Position numbers and translations under genes: made by a program. Source: Nitrospirota bacterium (lineage in GTDB: Bacteria > Nitrospirota > Thermodesulfovibrionia > UBA6902). From it: a stretch of 64,000 nucleotides of DNA. Below the pieces are notes generated by a model. That model was not told where the DNA came from, made no database searches, and was given only the letters and a program-made list of their open reading frames with translations. This document shows, in pieces, positions 21,257 to 31,061 of the stretch. Location: positions 11,944 through 75,943 of the forward strand of contig JACQZE010000027.1 in NCBI GenBank assembly GCA_016207885.1, in the 5' to 3' direction. Position 1 is the first letter of the stretch, and the number at the start of each line of letters is the position of its first letter.

Positions 21257-21319
21257 GTGAAAAAGATCAAATATGTTCCGCCCGGAATAGTCGGGAGCGC
21301 AGCTGTTCACCCTTGCTGA
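21257..21319 (+). CDS. 20-aa peptide MKKIKYVPPGIVGSAAVHPC, putative RiPP precursor 2
   Basis: GGAAGGAGGT RBS; GTG..TGA; 16/20 identical to peptide 1 with many synonymous codon differences. Confidence 0.8.
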   Translation: MKKIKYVPPGIVGSAAVHPC

Positions 21320-21366
21320 AATGAATGAGATATGAATGACCGGGATTTGTTGTCTTAAAATAACTT

Positions 21367-23874
21367 ATGAAATTTCTTGAAACGACATTCCTGCTTCTCA
21401 TCATTTTTATTTTATTTCCTTTTTCAGCCTCCGGAATAACCATCACAAGAGATACCGTGTGGAAAGGCGAAATAACTCTTTCAGAAGATATTGTCGTACC
21501 TGAAGGCGTTACGCTCACTATTCTATCCGGCACAGTGGTAAACATCATTCCTTCCGACAGGACAAAGAGTGAAGCCGAATATCTTTTATTCATGACCGAG
21601 ATGACAATCCGGGGCAGGCTGGAGGTTGAGGGAACCGGGGAAGCGCCAGTTGTATTCCAGGTAAAAGAGGATAAGCCTTACAGATGGGCAGGAATAATTA
21701 TTGACGGGGGGGAGGCAAATATAAAAGCGTGCAGGATTTATGATGCTGAAACAGGCCTTCTTGTAATGAACGGTTCACTTGGATTAACAGACTCGGTCCT
21801 TGAGGATAACCGGTACGGCATTGTTGCGCAGGGCGCGCAGACTTTTGTGAATATGAAAAACACGTATGTCCAAAAAAATGATCACGGCGTTTTTTCATTT
21901 GCCGGCGCAAATGTTGATTTCAGGGACAGCGTTATTGAGCATAACATGAAAAATGATCTCTACATGCCTAAGCCCGATAGTGAGAGTTTGACTGTAAAAC
22001 GCCCGGTCTTGTGTAACAGGAATAGTTATGATTTTGCGAAGGAGTTTGAAGTTCATGGTAAAGAAACAAGCAGAGAATACGGCGATGAAGTTTTGCCTGG
22101 AGATACGGTCTGGCGGGGAAGGATAGCGATTAACGGGCTGCTTAGAGTTCCTGTGAATTTCAGATTGATAATTGCTCCCGGCACGGTTGTTGAATTTAAA
22201 AAGAAGGATACAAACGGTGACGGTATCGGAGAGAACGGAATCCTGATGCAGGGAGTTCTGATTGCGAAAGGCACAAAAGATGAGCCGATCATCTTCAGGT
22301 CTGCGGAGAAACAAAAAAGACCCGGAGACTGGGATGCGATCAACATTATGAACAGTGACGGAGCACAGAATCTTGTGGAGTTCTGTCAGATAGAAAATGC
22401 ATACAGAGGGCTGCATTTCCACTTCTCAAACGTTATGGTGAGTGAATCAATTCTGAGAAATAATTATATAGGCATACAGTTTCAGGAATCAGCAGCGGAA
22501 ATAAGAGGGAGCCACATATACGGCAATAAAAACGGGATCAAAGGCAGGGATTCAGACATGAACTTTACCGGCAATTATGTCTTTGATAACATTAACGGAG
22601 TGAATCTTTTTCGTGTGAGCATGAACGCAAATGATAATACTGTGTTATACAACATGAATGACGGATTTAAGATCAGGGAAGGCATAACCGCGTTAGAGAG
22701 GAATTTTGTCGGCTGCAATAGATCCGGGCTCATGGTGAATGATGCGTTTCATGGCAGGCTCAGCAATAATGCCATTGTGAACAACTATGAGTCAGGTATG
22801 TCGTTAAAGGGTGTTGATAATCTGGATATCAGCGGTAATTTCATCCAGGGCAATGGAGTTAACGGCATCAATCTGCAAAATGCAGGAGCCGTGATCAAGG
22901 GTAATTATATTTCTGAAAACGGCGAAAGAGGCATCGGCATTCAATCGTTTACAGGAACGATAACGGAAAACAACATTGCCGGGAACGGCCTTTATGCCGT
23001 TGAGAACGAAAGCGGCAGCGATATTTCCGCTCCATCGAACTGGTGGGGAAATAAAGATGCGGCCTCAGTAATTTACGATAATAAGGATAGACATGAAAGA
23101 GGGGAGGTCTTATATTCACCTGAAATAGAAACGCCTTTAGTATTTTCATGGCCGTTAAAAAGTATTTATGCGGATGTTACATGGCCCTCGGGTATTTATT
23201 TAAATGAGCCTGTAACTGTTTATGGTTCAACCCTTGAAATCGCTCCCGGTGCGAATATTATATTTTCAAAAGGCGCGGGTTTGAAGGTTTCAGGCGGAAA
23301 GATGCTTGCACCTGGAACAAGTGATAAAAGGATAGTATTTACTTCCTCTGATAAAAATGAAGCCAGCCTGTGGGATGAAATACTTTTTGAACATGCTGAT
23401 GGGAGCGAATTCTCTTTCTGTGATTTTGAATATGCAACATGGGCTATTCACAGCCATTTTACCAGTCTGAAAATCTCAAACAGCCGATTTTTACATAATG
23501 AGGGGGGCATAAGATTCAGGAGCGGGCCAGTTGAAATCAACCGTTCGTTATTTCGGGAGAATAAGGTCGGGATAAGGTCATACTTTGGGAATGCATTGAT
23601 AGAGGAAAATGTTATATTAAATAACGATGTTGGTATATTTGTGAGAGAAAAAGGGAGTGGCCTAACCATAAAGAGTAACAATATTTATTCAAACAAGGCT
23701 TACAATGTCAGGGTTGGGGATTTTAATACTGAAGACATTGACGCGCGGAAAAACTGGTGGGGAGTCGATGACCCCGCCGTGACGATCTTTGATGCAAGAT
23801 GTGAGCCAGGTATCGGGGAAGTCATTTATGAACCGTATTTGACAGAGCCGGTGAAGCTGAATGGCGTAAATTAA
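21367..23874 (+). CDS. Secreted right-handed parallel beta-helix repeat protein (three modules)
   Basis: Three DxxWxG...LxIxPGxxVxF...PIxFxS modules; NxxGI repeats; NWWG; DTNGDG Ca-type loop. Confidence 0.8.
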   Translation: MKFLETTFLLLIIFILFPFSASGITITRDTVWKGEITLSEDIVVPEGVTLTILSGTVVNIIPSDRTKSEAEYLLFMTEMTIRGRLEVEGTGEAPVVFQVKEDKPYRWAGIIIDGGEANIKACRIYDAETGLLVMNGSLGLTDSVLEDNRYGIVAQGAQTFVNMKNTYVQKNDHGVFSFAGANVDFRDSVIEHNMKNDLYMPKPDSESLTVKRPVLCNRNSYDFAKEFEVHGKETSREYGDEVLPGDTVWRGRIAINGLLRVPVNFRLIIAPGTVVEFKKKDTNGDGIGENGILMQGVLIAKGTKDEPIIFRSAEKQKRPGDWDAINIMNSDGAQNLVEFCQIENAYRGLHFHFSNVMVSESILRNNYIGIQFQESAAEIRGSHIYGNKNGIKGRDSDMNFTGNYVFDNINGVNLFRVSMNANDNTVLYNMNDGFKIREGITALERNFVGCNRSGLMVNDAFHGRLSNNAIVNNYESGMSLKGVDNLDISGNFIQGNGVNGINLQNAGAVIKGNYISENGERGIGIQSFTGTITENNIAGNGLYAVENESGSDISAPSNWWGNKDAASVIYDNKDRHERGEVLYSPEIETPLVFSWPLKSIYADVTWPSGIYLNEPVTVYGSTLEIAPGANIIFSKGAGLKVSGGKMLAPGTSDKRIVFTSSDKNEASLWDEILFEHADGSEFSFCDFEYATWAIHSHFTSLKISNSRFLHNEGGIRFRSGPVEINRSLFRENKVGIRSYFGNALIEENVILNNDVGIFVREKGSGLTIKSNNIYSNKAYNVRVGDFNTEDIDARKNWWGVDDPAVTIFDARCEPGIGEVIYEPYLTEPVKLNGVN

Positions 23875-23919
23875 CTATGACAGTTTGACATCCAGAAGCA
23901 GCTGAATTTATACAGCATT

Positions 23920-24615
23920 ATGCTTGAAAATATATTTAAAATTGTCGCTATTCTAATTGTAATATCCCTGTTTTTTGGGATTGGTAAAGCCACTGCCGTT
24001 GAGACAACTATCTTCAAAGGACACGTTTTTGACGTGGAAGGCGACGTCGTTAAAGGGACGGAGATATTTATTTACAATTCTCCAGATACCAGGAGGCCTG
24101 CTGATTTCATATCAGGTCGCACGGAAGAGGATGGATATTTTAGTATTACGCTGCCGTTCGGGAAGTATTGGGCTGTGGCGAGATTGAGGAAAGACGACAA
24201 ATATGGCCCGCTTTTGATTGGAGATAAGCATTCAGGAGAACCTGTTGAGATAGAGGTTGAAGCCGGTAAAGAACTTGTTATGAATTTTACAGTAGTGGAT
24301 ATCAGGGACGCCGGGCGTCTATCAAAAAAGACGGGAGAAGATTATTTAAGGATTAGCGGGCGTATTATTGCTGCGGACGGAAAACCGGTCAAACAGGTTT
24401 ATGCTGTGGCAAACAGGACTAATCCGGCTCCTGATATACCCGACTTCTTGTCTGCATGGACGGATATGTATGGGCGATATACCCTTTATTTACCAAAAGG
24501 CAAATATTACATTGGATATGATGATGAATTCCCAATGCATAGTTATAGAGTTTACAAGGAATTGATTATGGAATCGGACAAGGATAATTTTGATATTGTA
24601 GTTGAAAGCAAGTGA
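23920..24615 (+). CDS. Carboxypeptidase-regulatory-like domain protein
   Basis: Signal peptide; TEEDGYFSITLPFGKYW and TDMYGRYTLYLPKGKYY. Confidence 0.7.
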   Translation: MLENIFKIVAILIVISLFFGIGKATAVETTIFKGHVFDVEGDVVKGTEIFIYNSPDTRRPADFISGRTEEDGYFSITLPFGKYWAVARLRKDDKYGPLLIGDKHSGEPVEIEVEAGKELVMNFTVVDIRDAGRLSKKTGEDYLRISGRIIAADGKPVKQVYAVANRTNPAPDIPDFLSAWTDMYGRYTLYLPKGKYYIGYDDEFPMHSYRVYKELIMESDKDNFDIVVESK

Positions 24616-25202
24616 CGCACATGAAGAAAATATTATCTGGTCTTCTAGTAACAGTTTTGCTTTTCACCTCCGCCGCGGAAGCCTGTGTAGGCAAGATACT
24701 CAATATAGGCATCTTGAATTCGGTTGAAGAAAATCTTCTTGCCGAATTGATCTCGGTGATGGTAAATGAGAGAACAGGCACGACTGTTAATATCAAGGTT
24801 TACAAAGATTCAAAAGAGATTTACAACGCAGTGAAGAACGAGGAAATAAGTATAGTAATTGAAAACACTGAACGCGCATTAAAGATACTGGGTCTCTCTG
24901 GAAATGAGAGTGATGCAAAGGCATATGATGTTTCCAGGGATGAGTTCAGGAGCAGATTGAACCTCATATGGCTGAAACCATTTGGAATTGTGAACATGGA
25001 AGATGACGGAGGACAATATTATTATGCTCCTGTGATCACCGAAGATGTGCTGATCAATTTCCCGGCGCTTCCGAGGCTCATAAACAAGCTTTCGGATATT
25101 ACATTGGATAAGAATTATAGAGGTATGATTATCTCTATCAAGCGCGGAGAAAAAGCCAGGAAAGCGGCAAAAGAATTTTTGAAGAAAAAGAAACTGGTAT
25201 AA
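24612..25202 (+). CDS. Periplasmic substrate-binding-like protein (glycine-betaine SBP-like)
   Basis: Signal peptide AEA-CVGK; EExLLAELIS...ERTG; NLIWLKPFG. Confidence 0.6.
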   Translation: MTHMKKILSGLLVTVLLFTSAAEACVGKILNIGILNSVEENLLAELISVMVNERTGTTVNIKVYKDSKEIYNAVKNEEISIVIENTERALKILGLSGNESDAKAYDVSRDEFRSRLNLIWLKPFGIVNMEDDGGQYYYAPVITEDVLINFPALPRLINKLSDITLDKNYRGMIISIKRGEKARKAAKEFLKKKKLV

Positions 25203-25203
25203 C

Positions 25204-26121
25204 GTGCTGCGATTGCCGAAGAATAGAAATGGAAGGATTTACGGCTACCTTTCATCGAAAGAATTAACAATAATACTTTTTACGGTCATCTGTCCTATAT
25301 TGGCAGTTGCATCTTTTTCTGAATCAATATTTCCTTTTGTTTGGTATATGATCAAGGCGCTGCTTGCACTGATAATTCTAAACCTTTTTTTTTGCACGCT
25401 TCAAAGGATAAAAACACTTTCAAGACCTGTTCTGATCATTCACCTTGGTGTGATCATTGTTTTTATTGGAGGAGGGATCAGTTCTTTCGGTTATGTCGCT
25501 ACAGTCAATATATACGAAGGAAGCACCGTTGATAAGGTCTACAGGTGGGATGTGAAACAGGACGTTTCTCCGGGAATAGAAATTACCGTAACTAAGCTGC
25601 ACGAAGAATATTATCCGGCGCCTTTAAAAGTCGGAGTACTCAGAGGCGGCGATAAGTTCGGGCTTTTTACACTGACAATCGGCGAGAGCTTTAGAGCCGG
25701 GAATTACAGGATACAGGCAGACACCCTTGATGTAACATCGCAAAAACTGAGACTAAGCGTTTTTAACGCAGACAGCTACATTGGATATGCCGATACAACA
25801 GGTGTTATGGAATTGCCTGCCGATTTTCCTTTTGATTTTAAGCTCGTGGCATACATGAATCCTGTCATTAAAAAGACATGGGTGGACCTGGTTCTTTCAA
25901 GAAATGGTGAAGTAGTCGCTGAAGGCAGTACAGGAGTGAACAGTCCTTTTACATGGCAGGGGCTGAAATTCTTTCATACCGCGACAAATAGGGATCCGGA
26001 CAGAAATCCTTTTGTAGGCATTCAAATTACAAGAGATCCCGGGATCCCGATTGTTTATGCAGGATTCTGTATTGTATTTATCGGCGGGACAGCATATTTA
26101 TTAAGAAGGATATTTTTATGA
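25204..26121 (+). CDS. ResB/CcsB-like cytochrome c biogenesis protein
   Basis: Three N-terminal TMs with LNLFFCT and IIHLG; VNSPFTWQG; QITRDPGIPIVYAG C-terminal TM. Confidence 0.75.
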   Translation: MLRLPKNRNGRIYGYLSSKELTIILFTVICPILAVASFSESIFPFVWYMIKALLALIILNLFFCTLQRIKTLSRPVLIIHLGVIIVFIGGGISSFGYVATVNIYEGSTVDKVYRWDVKQDVSPGIEITVTKLHEEYYPAPLKVGVLRGGDKFGLFTLTIGESFRAGNYRIQADTLDVTSQKLRLSVFNADSYIGYADTTGVMELPADFPFDFKLVAYMNPVIKKTWVDLVLSRNGEVVAEGSTGVNSPFTWQGLKFFHTATNRDPDRNPFVGIQITRDPGIPIVYAGFCIVFIGGTAYLLRRIFL

Positions 26122-26139
26122 CAGAAAAGGGGAAAATAG

Positions 26140-27039
26140 ATGAGATTTATTAAACTGTTGCTCTTTATTAATCTGATTATTATTTTTGCCTCATGCAGGC
26201 AGTCACCTTCCGTTAAAAATGAAAAGGCCTACAGGATAGGCTACATGATCTGCAACAGTGAAGAAGAAACGCTTTACAGATTCAGGCCGCTGACAGCTTA
26301 TTTAGGTAAAAAACTCGGCGTAAAAACAGAGGCTGTGGCGATTGATACAACCAACTTTACAAAAGAGGTTGACAGCCTGGATTTTACTCATACGAATTCG
26401 CTTCTCTACATAATATTAAACCGCTATCACGGCGTCAGGGCATTGACAGCGGACAAACAGGGAGCGCTCGGATTTAGATCGAACGGGGCGATCGTCACAA
26501 GAAAGGACAGCGGGATAAATACGATAAAAGATTTGAAAGGGAAGAGCATGGCCTTCGGCCCCATGCTCGCGCCGACCGGATACTTACAGCAATACGACCT
26601 GATGATCCAAAGCGGTATAGATCCTGAAGATGACCTGTCGTTTTACACGATACCGGCAGGCACGTATAAACATGAAAAGGTGATCTACGGAGTTCTGTAC
26701 GGCATGTATGACGCCGGCGCGTTTCAGATGCTCGATTTTGAACGGATGGTTGAAGAGGGAAAGATCGACCGTGGTGATTTCAGGATAATCGCTGAGGGCG
26801 GATCGATCCCGTACTGCACCTTCGGCTCTGCGCAAAAGATCGACGAACCGCTCGCAAATGCCTTAAAGAAGGCATTGCTCGAATTAAAAAAGGAAGACAC
26901 GGTGGAAATAGACGGAGAGACTGTGAAGGTGCTTGCAAGGGCAAGGCTTGACGGTTTTCAGGATGTAAAAGATGAGGATTACGATGTTGTGAGAGACATC
27001 GCAAAGCGCACCAATATGCCGCCGTATCAAAAATATTAA
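26140..27039 (+). CDS. Phosphonate/phosphate-type ABC substrate-binding lipoprotein
   Basis: Lipobox FASC; IVTRKDSGINTIKDLKGKSMAFG; PhnD-like. Confidence 0.8.
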   Translation: MRFIKLLLFINLIIIFASCRQSPSVKNEKAYRIGYMICNSEEETLYRFRPLTAYLGKKLGVKTEAVAIDTTNFTKEVDSLDFTHTNSLLYIILNRYHGVRALTADKQGALGFRSNGAIVTRKDSGINTIKDLKGKSMAFGPMLAPTGYLQQYDLMIQSGIDPEDDLSFYTIPAGTYKHEKVIYGVLYGMYDAGAFQMLDFERMVEEGKIDRGDFRIIAEGGSIPYCTFGSAQKIDEPLANALKKALLELKKEDTVEIDGETVKVLARARLDGFQDVKDEDYDVVRDIAKRTNMPPYQKY

Positions 27040-27109
27040 AATAGAAGCATGAGATCGTGACCTGTGTATGCCGTTTTTTACTATCGGCAATCGCAGGTGA
27101 AAAGACGAA

Positions 27110-27634
27110 ATGGATAAACTGGATAAAATCTCCATACTTTTTGCCCTTATATTTATCGCAGCTATTGCGGTTGTCAGCGCTGAATACCGCAGTGAATCAG
27201 GATTCCATATCAATCGTTCAGTTACTTACGCAGACAATACGGCGATCGCTGGCGGGATGGCCGCCGATCAGATCAAAACGATCAATAACCTGTTGGAGAG
27301 CGATAATTTTCTTAAGGCGGAAATGCTGCTTAATGAATTAATCAACAGGTATCCGTATGAAGGAGAGCTTCATATGCTGATGGGCGATATGATGATGAGG
27401 AAGCAGGATGCTGTCGGAGCGATCTTTAAGTACAGGGAAGCGGTTGACCTGAATCCCGATTATCTGGATAAGAAAGCGCCTCTCTTTCAGGGATATAAAA
27501 TTAAGGTTGCCGTTGAGGAGGCAAAGGTCAGGATTAATGAAACGCTCTCAAAACGGCATGATGATCAGGATGTGAAGGCGGCAAAAAAAAACATGTATTA
27601 TCTTTTAAAAAAACTGGCAGGATCCTGTGGGTAA
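27110..27634 (+). CDS. TPR-like protein with C-terminal GSCG
   Basis: N-terminal TM; HMLMGD...AIFKYREAVDLNPDY TPR pattern. Confidence 0.65.
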   Translation: MDKLDKISILFALIFIAAIAVVSAEYRSESGFHINRSVTYADNTAIAGGMAADQIKTINNLLESDNFLKAEMLLNELINRYPYEGELHMLMGDMMMRKQDAVGAIFKYREAVDLNPDYLDKKAPLFQGYKIKVAVEEAKVRINETLSKRHDDQDVKAAKKNMYYLLKKLAGSCG

Positions 27635-28733
27635 GCTGAAATTCATATCAACAGGCATTTTACTCGGAGCCGGAGCGGTTCTGCTTTCTTATTTCGGCAA
27701 TCCGGCAAATACAGGCATATGCGTCTCCTGTTTTATGAGGAATATCGCAGGCGCCGTCGGAATGCACAACGATATAAGGATGCAGTATATCAGGCCGGAG
27801 ATCATAGCATTTGTTCTGGGCTCTTTTTTCGCGTCTCTTGCAGCGAGGGAATTCAAAGCGACTTCAGGAAGCTCGCCGCTTCTAAGGTTCTTTGTCGGCG
27901 TCTTTCTGATTTTCGGGTGTTCTGTATTCATCGGCTGTCCGATAAAACTGATCCTGCGCATATCTGCCGGAGATTTCACAGCTATTATCGGTGCAATTGG
28001 CCTTGCTGCAGGAGTCTGGACAGGTTTGCAATTTCTTGAAGGAGGTTTCAGGCTCGGAAGGCCTTCTGAGACACAGCGCGCGAACGGCTTTATCATTCCC
28101 GGCTTAATGCTGGCGCTTTTCATTCTCTTTATTGTTCAGGCGCCATTTATAAATTTCAGTACAAAGGGTTCTGCGGCACAACATGCGCCCGTGTGGGTAT
28201 CGTTGTTTTTCGGACTTCTTATCGGGGCCTTTGCTCAGATATCCGGCTTCTGCATTACCGGCGGCCTGGCAAGATTGTTTTTATGGGGGCCGAAAGAAGT
28301 CTACGGATGCCCGAAGTCAACAGGCCTTTTGATGGCAATAGGAGCATTCTTCCTGACCGCGCTGTCTGCAAATTTGCTCACTGGACAATTCTCTCCTGAT
28401 CTAACGACGCAGGCTGTAGTATCTGATACTTATTTGTGGGACGCGCTCGGTATGGGGCTTGTGGGATTTGGTTCTGTCCTGATTAAAGGATGCCCGTTCA
28501 GACAATTGATACTTTCAGGACAGGGCGATACCGATGCCGGAGTAACGGTAATGGGAATGCTTGTCGGCGGAGCGCTTGTGCAGAATTGGGGAATTGCTGC
28601 CGCCTCTACCGAGGTTCCGCTATGGGGAAAGATCGCTGTATTAGCCGGATTTGTTTTCCTGCTTATAATAGGCCTGCTCTATCGTGAAAGGGATAAAGGG
28701 CTTGCGCCTGAATACCAGACGGGATTGGATTGA
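27627..28733 (+). CDS. yedE: YedE family putative selenium/sulfur transporter
   Basis: GNPANTGICVSCFMRNIAGA, YIRPEI, GCPIK, FCITGG and GCPFRQL motifs; multi-TM. Confidence 0.85.
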   Translation: MGKLKFISTGILLGAGAVLLSYFGNPANTGICVSCFMRNIAGAVGMHNDIRMQYIRPEIIAFVLGSFFASLAAREFKATSGSSPLLRFFVGVFLIFGCSVFIGCPIKLILRISAGDFTAIIGAIGLAAGVWTGLQFLEGGFRLGRPSETQRANGFIIPGLMLALFILFIVQAPFINFSTKGSAAQHAPVWVSLFFGLLIGAFAQISGFCITGGLARLFLWGPKEVYGCPKSTGLLMAIGAFFLTALSANLLTGQFSPDLTTQAVVSDTYLWDALGMGLVGFGSVLIKGCPFRQLILSGQGDTDAGVTVMGMLVGGALVQNWGIAAASTEVPLWGKIAVLAGFVFLLIIGLLYRERDKGLAPEYQTGLD

Positions 28734-30664
28734 TCCAGGCGCTTAACAAAATCCTTAAAATGAAAAAACATAACAATAATGAATGCCGGATACACGGGAC
28801 ATCTCATAAGGGAGCTAACAGGACGCTCCTCTTCATGGTATTTGCATCTTTATTGCTTATTGTCTGGCATGTGTGGGTTTACGGCCCGACCGGCCACGCG
28901 GCAAGGCCTGAGTTATCACAAAAACCTTTTTTAGTGATCCTTGGGAATGAGATATGGGATATGCTCTTCAGCGGACACGGGATGCTTGCCGAGTTAAAAG
29001 ATATCTTCCCGTACTTTATCTTCGGGATACTTCTGGCCGGCCTCATACGCACATACAAGCTCACGATAAAACTTCGAAGCACTCTCAATCGTTACGGTTT
29101 CCTCAGTATTTTCTTGGCGTCGCTGATAGGGATATTAACACCTCTGTGCGCCTGCGGCACTCTTACGACTGCGGTCAGCCTGCTGTTTGCCGGGCTGCCG
29201 TTAGCTCCGGTTATGTCTCTTCTTGTGACTTCTCCGCTCATGAGCCCCTCAACTTACCTGCTCACGCTAAACGATCTGGGGCCGGAATGGACGGCCATCA
29301 GAACGATTGCCGCATTTCTGATGGGCATCTTTGCCGGGGTACTGACCCATCTCATCAGGAACAAAGGTTTTCATGCAGAGGCCATTTTCATTGAAGGCGC
29401 GATCCCAAGGGGTGATTTCCATGATGAGAATTATCCTGACGCCCGCCTGAGATGCAATTGCAAGGAGAAATTCGGAAACAGGGTAGCTGCCAGGACGAAT
29501 AATATGTTTATTGTCTTTCTTGCAAAGTCATCTGAGATGCTCTGGCTTGTCGGGAAATACGTTCTCATCGGAGTTGCAACAGGCAGCATCGTTCAGAGGT
29601 ATATGCCTTACGACTGGATCTATGAATTTTTCGGGCAGGAAGACAAGCTTAGCATAGTATGGATCACGCTCGGGTCGGTTCCGATATTTCTGCATCAGAT
29701 AAGCGCCTCAAGCATTCTATACCATATCAGGAGCACGCTTGACGGCACCATGAATGGAGGGGCGGGACTGGCTTTCCTTATCGGAGGGCCGGTAACGGCA
29801 ATTCCAACCATGGTAATGTTCTGGACGGTCTTTAAAAAGAGGGTGTTTTTCCTGTACCTGTTTGTCTGTGTTGCTGGAACAATTATGATCTCTTATGCTT
29901 TTCAATATTTCGTATTTACTCCATATGTTGACGCGGGCAATCCTGTTTTACGGGGCGTAAGTTCCATATCAGGAGGAAGTTCGGCAGTTATAACGAAAAT
30001 GCAAAATGGCAAACATGTGAGTATTGTCATGGATCCCGGCGGCAAAGGCATCATCGCTGCATTCAATAATTCAGCTGAAGGATACGGAGGCGTTGTCTTT
30101 GATTCCGGCGGCGAGAGATTCATGGAAGGTTCGGCAGATAAGTATGATAACCGGAGATATATAGAAAATATCGCGGCATGGCTGGAAGATAACAATGTAT
30201 CGGGAAACACGAGAAATATATTAATTTATAATACAGCCAGCGGATCAGGAACGGATAAGAATGCCTTCAGCCGAAGCGTAGTTGAGGGCCTTGAAAAAAA
30301 GGACGGATTTGAAATAAAGCTAACGGACAGAGAAGAGACTCCTCAAATAACCCGGGCATCGCTTGAAGAATACAGCCAGCTCTGGATAATTTTTGGAGAA
30401 GCAGATCCGGCATGTTGTTTCTCAGGCGCTGAGCTAAATACAATTACCGGATTTTCGCAAGATGGGAAAGGCCTGCTGATTGTTGACGGAAAACATCATG
30501 AAGGAACTGAAGGCCCGGCTGTCAACAGGCTGGCTTCCATTTTTGGCGTCGCCTTCTCCGGCTCTGTTGAAAATACGGAAGAGATCCGGGTAGCTAAGTC
30601 ATTCTATTTTTTCAACAGCATGTCTGAGATACTTGAAAGGTTTTACAAAAGGATGAGATACTGA
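28730..30664 (+). CDS. DUF318/ArsP-type permease with a C-terminal soluble domain
   Basis: TPLCACGT, LLVTSPLMSP, AFLIGGP motifs; about 240-aa soluble tail. Start may be 28760. Confidence 0.75.
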   Translation: MIQALNKILKMKKHNNNECRIHGTSHKGANRTLLFMVFASLLLIVWHVWVYGPTGHAARPELSQKPFLVILGNEIWDMLFSGHGMLAELKDIFPYFIFGILLAGLIRTYKLTIKLRSTLNRYGFLSIFLASLIGILTPLCACGTLTTAVSLLFAGLPLAPVMSLLVTSPLMSPSTYLLTLNDLGPEWTAIRTIAAFLMGIFAGVLTHLIRNKGFHAEAIFIEGAIPRGDFHDENYPDARLRCNCKEKFGNRVAARTNNMFIVFLAKSSEMLWLVGKYVLIGVATGSIVQRYMPYDWIYEFFGQEDKLSIVWITLGSVPIFLHQISASSILYHIRSTLDGTMNGGAGLAFLIGGPVTAIPTMVMFWTVFKKRVFFLYLFVCVAGTIMISYAFQYFVFTPYVDAGNPVLRGVSSISGGSSAVITKMQNGKHVSIVMDPGGKGIIAAFNNSAEGYGGVVFDSGGERFMEGSADKYDNRRYIENIAAWLEDNNVSGNTRNILIYNTASGSGTDKNAFSRSVVEGLEKKDGFEIKLTDREETPQITRASLEEYSQLWIIFGEADPACCFSGAELNTITGFSQDGKGLLIVDGKHHEGTEGPAVNRLASIFGVAFSGSVENTEEIRVAKSFYFFNSMSEILERFYKRMRY

Positions 30665-30734
30665 TTCAGGTGTAGCTTTTGCAGAGAGGGCTTATATTTT
30701 TGAATTGCTGTAAATAACATTTCCGGAGGGAATT

Positions 30735-31061
30735 ATGAAGAACAAGAGTGTTGTGCTGGACATCGCGAAGCTTAAAAAATTCAGTGAAGAAAAGAGGCAC
30801 CATGAAACAATATGGTCGGACAAACATTCAAAGATAAACCTCATATGCATGAAACCCGGGCAGGAAATTATAACCCATACGCATCATGGAAACCATATCT
30901 GGGTAGTTATGGAGGGCAAGGGGGAATTTATGACAGCAGGCGAGACACAGGCCATTGATATCGGCAAGATAGTGATCGTACCCGCTCTTGTAGACCACGG
31001 GATTCGCAATGCTTCAGATGAAGATCTTGTTATTGCGTCCCTGACGGCTCAGGGTGACTGA
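30735..31061 (+). CDS. Cupin domain protein
   Basis: PGQEIITHTHHG...VMEGKG...VPALVDHGIRN. Confidence 0.85.
   Translation: MKNKSVVLDIAKLKKFSEEKRHHETIWSDKHSKINLICMKPGQEIITHTHHGNHIWVVMEGKGEFMTAGETQAIDIGKIVIVPALVDHGIRNASDEDLVIASLTAQGD

Noticed and set aside
18165..21319. Lasso peptide system, given the YxxP leader
   Set aside because: No lasso cyclase or B2 protease, and no Asp/Glu acceptor in the core
21314..21330. TGC-TGA at the end of peptide 2 as Cys-Sec read-through
   Set aside because: The paralog ends TGC-TAA, another in-frame TGA follows two codons later, and no SECIS-like hairpin is evident
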